Positions 25,999 through 32,615 of a stretch of DNA of 32,615 nucleotides are shown one piece after another. Position 1 is the stretch's first letter. Every line of letters starts with the position of its first letter. Both the position numbers and the translations under genes were made by a program. This DNA is from a virus (taxonomy: Duplodnaviria > Caudoviricetes): positions 1-32,615 of IMG/VR virus record IMGVR_UViG_3300044956_001053; one strand, 5' to 3'. A model generated the notes under the pieces. That model was given only the letters and a program-made list of their open reading frames with translations. It was not told the DNA's origin and did no database searches.

Positions 25999-26482
25999 AG
26001 GTGCCCTCACCAGCGGCGTCCTCGTCGTACGCGCGCGACGCCTGCACGTCCTGTTGCACGTACGGCGATGTCTCGGTGTATCCCAACGGCACCGGCGCAC
26101 GCAGGCCGGTGGTCGTGGTGTCGGCGCGCAGAGGGAGATCGTAGAGGCCCGTGACGGAGTCGGCGGCCTCCTTCGCCTCTGCGAGCGCGGTCTTCGCGTC
26201 CTCGTCGTACGCCGACCACTGCTGGTCGGTCGGATCGATGCCGCGCTTGAGGTAGCAGATGCGCGTCACGATGCGCGCGCACCACGCCTTGACCTTGATG
26301 GGGTACGGCACGGAGAACGGCACCGCGTAACGCTTGCGGAGGAGCGCATCGAGGTCCGCGGTCACAACCTCGCACTGCCCGGCGATGAAGCCGGGCACGC
26401 GCGCCTCGAGCTCGTCGACGTCGGACGCCGGCATGAGCGAGAGCGCGCGGAACTCCGCGAGGGTGAGGTACGAGGTCGGCAT
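25991..26482 (-). CDS. Head-tail adaptor (Mu gp36 / DUF1320-like)
   Basis: SYLTLAEF...DALLRKRYAVPF..PYP. Confidence 0.78.
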   Translation of the reverse strand: MPTSYLTLAEFRALSLMPASDVDELEARVPGFIAGQCEVVTADLDALLRKRYAVPFSVPYPIKVKAWCARIVTRICYLKRGIDPTDQQWSAYDEDAKTALAEAKEAADSVTGLYDLPLRADTTTTGLRAPVPLGYTETSPYVQQDVQASRAYDEDAAGEGTYG

Positions 26483-26492
26483 GATGCTGCGA

Positions 26493-26566
26493 TAGCGACG
26501 ACTGGATTCGCACCAGCGATCTCCGGCTTATGAGGCCGGCGAGGACGACTGCTCCTCTACGTCGCG
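26493..26566 (-). tRNA. tRNA-Met(CAT), initiator-like, non-canonical D/T loops, no encoded CCA
   Basis: CGCGACG TA GAGG AGCAGTCGT CCTC G CCGGC CTCATAA GCCGG AGATC GCTGG TGCGAAT CCAGT CGTCGCT A folds into a full cloverleaf. Confidence 0.85.
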
Positions 26567-26571
26567 ATGAG

Positions 26572-26601
26572 CGCTCCCCTCGACGTCGGCCGAGGGGAGC
26601 G
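26572..26601 (-). other. 11-bp perfect hairpin after the capsid stop codon (mRNA stabiliser or attenuator)
   Basis: CGCTCCCCTCG-N8-CGAGGGGAGCG; no U tract. Confidence 0.55.
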
Positions 26602-26606
26602 ATGGG

Positions 26607-27695
26607 TCAGGCTCCGCGGCAGCGAAAGAGCTGGAACGGGTGGCCGGGGGCCACCGTGTTGCGGCCCTGGGCGATCCACTGGAGCTCACGGGCGCGCGCG
26701 AGCTCGGCGTCGGTCTCGGGACCGACGTAGGTGATCGTGATGGGTTCGCGGTTCGAGTAGATGAACGCGCCCATCTGCGGAGAGCTGAGCTCCTGCACGA
26801 TGAGGTAATAGGTCGTTGCCGACCCGCCCATTGCAGCGCCGAGCTCGTCGGCGATGATCGGCACGCCGAGGTTCAGGTAGCTGACCACGGCCTGGATGTC
26901 GCCGGAGAGCGCGCCGCTCGCGGCCGACTGCGCGATGAACTTTGCGCTCGTGAGCAGCGTCGCGCGCGCGGCGAGCTCGGGCGGGACCATGATGCCCGTG
27001 ACGCGCAGCTTCCGGAGCAGCACGCCGTTCGGCATCTTGATGAACCCGCGGATGTAGGCGATCGCCTTCGCGAGATTCTGGAGCGCGACCTCGGCCGTCA
27101 CGGAACCAGCACCGGTCTCGTGGATCGGCAGCGCGCCGGGGTAGGCGCCGCTTGCGGCGCCCGTGAAGTCGTTCGCGAACGCACCGAAGCTCGCGTCGAG
27201 GGGGTTCACCGGATGGTCCGTCGCGAAGAAAGCCTTCGCGTCGTACGCGACGGGGTTCGCGATGATCGCCTCGGCCAGCTTCTGCTGTGGCCAGTAGGCC
27301 GCGTGCGCTGCGATGTCGCGCGTCCACTTCGAGATCGCGTCGAAGCCCGCGCGGCCAGCGACGCGTCCGCCCGAGAGCATCACAGCACCGCCGTCGAGGT
27401 CCTCGAACTCCTCGAACTTGACCTTGAGGCCCTTGCGGACGAACCGGTTCTCGAACTCCGTCGAGGCGCGGAGCAGCGTGTCGTAGGCGACCTCGCCACC
27501 GTCGTGCGCGACCTCCTCGAGCAGGCCAGTCGAAAGGAGCCAGGTGAGGCGCTCCTTCTTCGTCGTCGAGTTGAGGGTGGTCGCGATCTTGTTCCACCAG
27601 ATGTCCTGCTTCAGGCGCTGGTAGTCCTCGTTCGCGATGTCCTGGACGCGTGTCTTGAGGTCCGAGACGAACGTGGGGGTGATGATACTGGTCAT
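26607..27695 (-). CDS. Major capsid protein (Mu gpT-like)
   Basis: WWNKIA...STTKKE..TWL; AYDAKAFFATDHPVN; IMVPPEL; 362 aa; strong RBS. Confidence 0.88.
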   Translation of the reverse strand: MTSIITPTFVSDLKTRVQDIANEDYQRLKQDIWWNKIATTLNSTTKKERLTWLLSTGLLEEVAHDGGEVAYDTLLRASTEFENRFVRKGLKVKFEEFEDLDGGAVMLSGGRVAGRAGFDAISKWTRDIAAHAAYWPQQKLAEAIIANPVAYDAKAFFATDHPVNPLDASFGAFANDFTGAASGAYPGALPIHETGAGSVTAEVALQNLAKAIAYIRGFIKMPNGVLLRKLRVTGIMVPPELAARATLLTSAKFIAQSAASGALSGDIQAVVSYLNLGVPIIADELGAAMGGSATTYYLIVQELSSPQMGAFIYSNREPITITYVGPETDAELARARELQWIAQGRNTVAPGHPFQLFRCRGA

Positions 27696-27723
27696 CGTCG
27701 TGGCCCTTCCTTCTCAGCGCGCA

Positions 27724-28440
27724 TCAGGGCGCGACGTAGGCGTTCGCCACCCACCTGCCGTTGAGGAAGGCGCAGCGAACGAGGTGGCGCTTGCTTGCCG
27801 TCAGCGCCGTGGTGAGGTTCGTGGGGCCGGTCGCGTCGCGGTACTGGACCGTGTGGCCGTTCTTCGTGCCGTCAGCGACGAAGGTGACCTCCGTCCCCTC
27901 CAGCGTGTTCGCGGGCAGCGTCACTGTGCTCACGCCCGCTGACGTCGGGATGTCGTAGATCGCTCCTGGACGCGGGAAGTCCGGCACGACGGCGTCGTTC
28001 GAGACGAACGCGAGCGTCGGGCCCGTGTGCGACGGCATCGGCGCGTCCATGAGCGACACGACCAGCACGCCGATCGTGTCGACGCCGATGACCATGCCGG
28101 CCCGCATGCGGCCGCCCGTCGAGGACTTCGACACCGTCGAGTCGTCCTTGACGAAGCAGATGCGCCCGACATCCGCCGCGGCGAGCGGCGCGACGCCGTC
28201 GTTGGCCCAGCGGCGCGAGACGAGTTCGCGGTGCAGCCGCACCATGACGCCCTGCGTGCCGTTGCCGGTGCGCGTCTCTGCGAACTCGCCGAGGTCGATG
28301 CTCGAGCTCGTCGCTGCGACCACGATCTTGCCGGTCGTGACGTCGAGGTAGGCACGCTTGCCCTTCTCGGCGACGGCAAGGTTCGTCAGCGGCAGGCCAA
28401 CGTAGCTGTGCTCCTTGAGCTGGGTGATGCGCTCGGCCAT
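27724..28440 (-). CDS. Capsid cement/decoration protein with extra C-terminal domain
   Basis: Between protease and MCP; AADVGRICFVKDDSTVS...AGMVIGVD..GVLV. Confidence 0.7.
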   Translation of the reverse strand: MAERITQLKEHSYVGLPLTNLAVAEKGKRAYLDVTTGKIVVAATSSSIDLGEFAETRTGNGTQGVMVRLHRELVSRRWANDGVAPLAAADVGRICFVKDDSTVSKSSTGGRMRAGMVIGVDTIGVLVVSLMDAPMPSHTGPTLAFVSNDAVVPDFPRPGAIYDIPTSAGVSTVTLPANTLEGTEVTFVADGTKNGHTVQYRDATGPTNLTTALTASKRHLVRCAFLNGRWVANAYVAP

Positions 28441-28443
28441 GGC

Positions 28444-29832
28444 TCACGCCCCCTTCTTCGGAAGCTCGACGACGTCGGCCCCGAGGGTGATCGAACGGCC
28501 GTCCGCGCTGCGGACGACGCCGGTGGAAGAGACCGAGGCGCGGCCGAGCGCGATGTCCATCGCGTCGCCATCGCTGCTCGGTTGGATGGCGGTCGGCGTG
28601 CTGGCGCCGCTCGTCTGCGTCGCGCCCTGCGTCGCGGGCACGGTCGCCGTCGCGGCCGGGTTCGGCACACGCTTCGGCATCGAGTCGAGGATCGTCCGCA
28701 CCTGCGCGCTCGGCAGGTGCGCGAGAGCCTTGCGGGTCTCGGCGCCGACATCAGGGCGCGCCGCGAACAGCGAGGCCTTGCGCTCGTCCTCGCGCTCGGC
28801 CTCGAGCGCCGCGAGGCGTGCCTCGATGTCGGCGTGCGACTTCGCGATCGGCGCGACCGCGGCCGCTGCCTTCGCACTCGCCGCTGCCGCCTTCGACTTC
28901 GCCTCGTCGCCGGTTGGCTCGTCGCTCTTCTTCTCGTCCTCGCCGTCCATCGCGGCGAGGGCAGCCTTCGCGCGGTTCTTCGCCTTCTCGTCCGACTTCT
29001 CGTCGTCGAGGATGGCCTTGAGCGCCGCGCGCGCCTTCTCATCTTCGGTCATGGGTCCTCCCTGCGCACGCGGCGCAGCGCTCTCGCTCGCGAGCATCGC
29101 GACGAGGTCATCGAGGGAGCCGACGCGGTCGGCGAGCCCTGCTCGCACTGCGCCAGCCCCGGTGAACAGGCCCGCTTCGAGCGCTCGCACCTGCTCGGCG
29201 TTCAGCGGGCGGAACGTCGCGACGTGCTCGAAGAACACGCTCGCGAGCTCCTCGACACGCGCCTTCACCGCGGCGCGCGCGCCGTCGGTGATCTTCGTGT
29301 CTGGGTTCTGGTCGGTCTTGCGCGCGCCGCTCGCGACGAGCTCGACGACGAGGCCCATCGCGGTGTTCTGTGCAGTCGCGTCGACGATGCCGTCGATCAC
29401 GCCGACCGAGCCGGCGATGCCAGCGACGGGGATCGTCACGCTCTTGCCGACGCAGGCAAGCGCATAGCCCGCCGACGCGGCAAGCCCGTCGATGTAGGTG
29501 TGTAGCGGCACGCCGGCCGACTCGCACGCCGCAGCGATCTCGAGCGCGGTGTCGAAGCACCCGCTCACGAGCCCGCCGGGCGAGTCGACGGCGAGCACGA
29601 TCGCCTTCGGCTTCGCCTCGAGCGCCGCGAGCACGCGCCCCTTGACGCCATCGTAGCTGTCGCACCACCAGTCCGCGTGGTGCACCAGCGGGCCGCGCAC
29701 GGACACGACGGCAACGTCGCCCGCGATCTGCTCGGTGGTTGGTGCCGTCATCACAGGGAAGAGGCCACCGAACGCGCTGGGCTCGAGCGCGAGCGGACCG
29801 CGGCCGCGAGGTTCGAAGCGCTCAAGCTTCAT
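28444..29832 (-). CDS. S49 (ClpP/SppA-like) prohead protease with C-terminal scaffold
   Basis: VDSPGG, AASAGYALA, GSVGV, SGARK; charged helical C-terminus. Confidence 0.9.
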   Translation of the reverse strand: MKLERFEPRGRGPLALEPSAFGGLFPVMTAPTTEQIAGDVAVVSVRGPLVHHADWWCDSYDGVKGRVLAALEAKPKAIVLAVDSPGGLVSGCFDTALEIAAACESAGVPLHTYIDGLAASAGYALACVGKSVTIPVAGIAGSVGVIDGIVDATAQNTAMGLVVELVASGARKTDQNPDTKITDGARAAVKARVEELASVFFEHVATFRPLNAEQVRALEAGLFTGAGAVRAGLADRVGSLDDLVAMLASESAAPRAQGGPMTEDEKARAALKAILDDEKSDEKAKNRAKAALAAMDGEDEKKSDEPTGDEAKSKAAAASAKAAAAVAPIAKSHADIEARLAALEAEREDERKASLFAARPDVGAETRKALAHLPSAQVRTILDSMPKRVPNPAATATVPATQGATQTSGASTPTAIQPSSDGDAMDIALGRASVSSTGVVRSADGRSITLGADVVELPKKGA

Positions 29833-31160
29833 GCGGCCTCCGCGCGCCGAATCGGCACCACGTTGGAAGGCTGCGCGGCCTGCTCCGGCTCTGCGTCGAC
29901 CGTGCGCGTCTTCGTCGGGATGCCGAAGCGTGCGAGCACGAGCTCGGCGTCGACTTCGAGGCCGCGTGTCGCGAGCGCCTCGTCGAGGCTCTTGATCGCG
30001 TTCGCGACCGTCTGCATCGCGTTCGCCTCGCTCGTCTTGTCCTTCGGCGGCGTGACGTCCCACTCGACGACGACGCCGTCGTAGAGCGCCTCCTCGCCGA
30101 ACCGCGCGAGAAGGAACTGCGGGATGCACTGCGTGTTGACGGTGTGCGCGAGCGCGTCAGCGGTGGCCTGCGTGAGGTCCGCACGGATGCTCTTGTGCAC
30201 GTCCGCGTTCGCGAAGCCCGTGCCGCCGTCGGTCGTGACGGTCTGGCCGCAGATCGCGATGATGATCTCGCGGTTCGATCGCTCCTCGCGCTCCGCGAAG
30301 CTCTCGTGCCCGCGGCCGTTGCTCTCGAGGAGCTTCACGTCCCAGCCGGGCGTGAGGGCGAAGACCGTGTTGATGCCCCACGCCATGAGCTTGCGGAAGA
30401 AGCTGTTGCGGTCGTCCTCGGTCGCGCCCTGTGGCGAGATGGCGACGCGCGCCGGGTTCGCGAGCTTTGCGATCCAGTTGTCCTCGTGCAGGCCCGCGTG
30501 GTCCTTGCGGATGTACGCGCGGCCCACGGCACGCCAGAGACCCCACTGCCACGGTGCGCTGCGTCCACACGTGTGCAGCACCCATCGCCCGTCACCGGGC
30601 GTGATCGGCAGGAGACCGATGAGGCTCTTGTAGTACCAGCGGTTCTCGTTCCAGTAGTAGACGAGGAACTCGGGGTTGAGCCGCACGAAGACCGGGTAGT
30701 CGCGACCGATCACACGCTGGAACTCGCCGACGCCCACGCCCAACATCACCCAGTCCGCGGCGAGCTTCTCAAGCTCGCTCGGGGGCAACATCTCGTCGAA
30801 GACGCTTCGCGCTTCCTCGACGCCCGTCTCGAGCGCCTGGACGTACTCGCGCTTGCCGCGGAACTTCTTCGGCAGCCGCACGAGCCCGCCGGTGCGCGTC
30901 GACATCGCGCCGCTCACGACGCCGTCACGCATCGTCGCGCGCATGAGCTGAGCGGCGAGGCCAAGCTGGCCGCGGTCGGCCGCGTGCTCAGCCTCCTCGA
31001 GGTCCGCCATGTACCAGCGCGTGCGCGTGGTCGGCAGGGGAGCGAGTTGGCCGCCGAAGCGCTCGCGAGCGTCCTCGACGTCGCGCGCACCGGGCGACGG
31101 CAGAGCCGGAGGACCCCCGGCGTATGCGGAGATCCCCAGCAGCGCCGCGATCGCTCGCAT
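29829..31160 (-). CDS. Portal protein (DUF935 / Mu gp29-like)
   Basis: MRDGVVSGAMSTR; NREIIIAICGQTVTTDGGTGFANADVH; lies between terminase and protease. Confidence 0.85.
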   Translation of the reverse strand: MRAIAALLGISAYAGGPPALPSPGARDVEDARERFGGQLAPLPTTRTRWYMADLEEAEHAADRGQLGLAAQLMRATMRDGVVSGAMSTRTGGLVRLPKKFRGKREYVQALETGVEEARSVFDEMLPPSELEKLAADWVMLGVGVGEFQRVIGRDYPVFVRLNPEFLVYYWNENRWYYKSLIGLLPITPGDGRWVLHTCGRSAPWQWGLWRAVGRAYIRKDHAGLHEDNWIAKLANPARVAISPQGATEDDRNSFFRKLMAWGINTVFALTPGWDVKLLESNGRGHESFAEREERSNREIIIAICGQTVTTDGGTGFANADVHKSIRADLTQATADALAHTVNTQCIPQFLLARFGEEALYDGVVVEWDVTPPKDKTSEANAMQTVANAIKSLDEALATRGLEVDAELVLARFGIPTKTRTVDAEPEQAAQPSNVVPIRRAEAA

Positions 31161-31212
31161 GGCCCGGTTCACACGTCGAGGATGTCGGTTCCGAACACAG
31201 CTCCGCACGCAA

Positions 31213-31244
31213 CACCCGACCGTCACCCGGTGACGCGTCGGGTG
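31213..31244. repeat. Near-perfect inverted repeat upstream of the portal gene
   Basis: CACCCGAC-CGTCACC-C-GGTGACG-C-GTCGGGTG. Confidence 0.6.
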
Positions 31245-31257
31245 ACGTCAACGCGCG

Positions 31258-31437
31258 TCACCACGCGTCGGGAACGCCGTAGATGTCGCGGAGCCGCGCG
31301 CGAGCTCGCGCCGACGGTCGCCCGTCGCCAGACGCCCACCGAGAGACGCGAGACGTCGTCACCCCGCACCGAGCGGCAACGTAGGTCGCCGTCGTGCGCT
31401 GGAGCACCGCGAGCAGCGCTCGACGTCCTGCGGTCAT
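31258..31437 (-). CDS. Small XRE/Cro-type HTH protein
   Basis: ATGA-coupled to the terminase; TYVAARCGVTTSRVSRWASGDGRP. Confidence 0.72.
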   Translation of the reverse strand: MTAGRRALLAVLQRTTATYVAARCGVTTSRVSRWASGDGRPSARARARLRDIYGVPDAW

Positions 31438-32615
31438 CCCCGCCACGCGTCCTCCGCGGAGTACGGGTCGAGACCGCGCTCGGTGCGATCGTGCTCGTCG
31501 TGCAGTACAGCCGCGCGTCCTGTCGCCGTGGGCTCGCTCGACGCGGTTGGGGGTGCCTGGGGGCGCAGGAAGCCTGGCCGCAACCACGCGGGCTCCCAGC
31601 ACGCGAGCGCGAGCGCGTCGTACCGATCCGGCGATCTGTCGAGCACCTTCCGCAGCTCGTCTTTCGGCGTGACCTTGAGCTTCTGTCGCACGTCCTCGTG
31701 CCACCGAAGCGCGTGCATCTCGGCGGCGAGCTTCGTGTCTTCGGGGATCGCTCCCCCTTCACGCAGCCACGCCTCGACCGAGGCCGCGAGCTCGTCGCGC
31801 AGCGTCCCGTAGTGGTCGGGCTTGCGCTCCGGCTTGTCGCTCGAGCGGACGCCGACGAGCGCGAACGGGGGCGGCGCGCCGACGGCCTCGAAGGTTCCGA
31901 GGTGTGCGCGCAGCGTGCCGTAGAGCTCGGCACCGACGCTGCCGGACCGGTCGATCACGATCACCGGGCACCTCTCGAGGACGCGGTCCTCAGGCTCTTC
32001 GAGGTCTGCGAGCATGCCGAGCGCGTGCGCCTTGTGCGCGTCTGCGGTGAGCCCGCGCATCGTGACGAGCCGCATCGCCTGCGGCCCGCGACGCGCGCAG
32101 AAGGCGCTCTCGTCGCCCGTGCCCGTCGCGCCCGCGGGGTCGATCCCGAGCCAGAGGCGGCCGCGGTAGACGCGTCGCTCAGACGCCTCGAGCTCGAGCT
32201 CGTACCAGCGCTGCTCGGCCGAGACGATGGCGTGCACCGAGAAGATGCAGCCGTCCTCGCTCTCCGCGTGCACGCCCTTCACGCGGATCTTGTACTGCGG
32301 CGACTCCTCGCCCCACTCGAGCTTCTTTTCCTCGATCCACTCGCGCTCCGCGAGCCCGGGCACGAGGCACTCACCGGAGACCGCGTTCGGCGTCTCTTCG
32401 CTCGAGACCGTGATGCAGTGGTAGAGGTGCTTCTTCTTCGTGAAGGCCTCGTAGTGCTCGCCGCTCGTCTTCGTCGGGTTGCCGATGAGCAGGATGCTCG
32501 CGCCGCCCGCGCGGTTGCCCTCGATGGCCTCGTAGATGACGTCGGGCACGCCCGAGGCCTCGTCGACGATGTAGAGCAGGTGCTTGCCCGAGACGCCCGC
32601 CACGGCCTCGGCCTC
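31434..32615 (-). CDS. terL: Terminase large subunit (5'-truncated by window)
   Basis: Walker B LLYIVDEA, coupling motif IGNP, nuclease LGIDPA...D and SPDRYDAL. Confidence 0.92.
   Translation of the reverse strand, partial: EAEAVAGVSGKHLLYIVDEASGVPDVIYEAIEGNRAGGASILLIGNPTKTSGEHYEAFTKKKHLYHCITVSSEETPNAVSGECLVPGLAEREWIEEKKLEWGEESPQYKIRVKGVHAESEDGCIFSVHAIVSAEQRWYELELEASERRVYRGRLWLGIDPAGATGTGDESAFCARRGPQAMRLVTMRGLTADAHKAHALGMLADLEEPEDRVLERCPVIVIDRSGSVGAELYGTLRAHLGTFEAVGAPPPFALVGVRSSDKPERKPDHYGTLRDELAASVEAWLREGGAIPEDTKLAAEMHALRWHEDVRQKLKVTPKDELRKVLDRSPDRYDALALACWEPAWLRPGFLRPQAPPTASSEPTATGRAAVLHDEHDRTERGLDPYSAEDAWRG

Noticed and set aside
25991-31160. Transposable Mu-like phage
   Set aside because: Head genes are Mu-like, but the window shows a tyrosine integrase with attP and no transposase

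Overview
A ~32.6 kb, very GC-rich segment of a temperate, contractile-tailed (myovirus-type) phage with a Mu-like head module. A myxobacterial or related high-GC Gram-negative host is an inference from composition and gene set only. The plus strand (1-6836) carries early and lysogeny genes: ERF recombinase, PRTRC-type ParB, excisionase-like HTH and tyrosine integrase. These are followed by an apparently intact attP (3' half of tRNA-Gly(GCC) with TGTGGC arm repeats on both sides) and a small promoter-driven accessory operon. The minus strand (32615 to 6822) is one long late operon: terminase, HTH, portal, S49 protease/scaffold, decoration protein, major capsid, neck, sheath, tube, frameshifted tail chaperone, tape measure, baseplate, fibres, membrane/lysis genes, a collagen appendage module, a nucleotide-enzyme cluster and a GH25-like lysin. 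The most notable non-obvious elements are: an atypical initiator-like tRNA-Met between the capsid and adaptor genes; two further intergenic elements with tRNA top-half geometry; a holin-like protein with an internal lipobox; and a hairpin array across attP from int. All product calls come from motif recognition and synteny by eye, not database searches.
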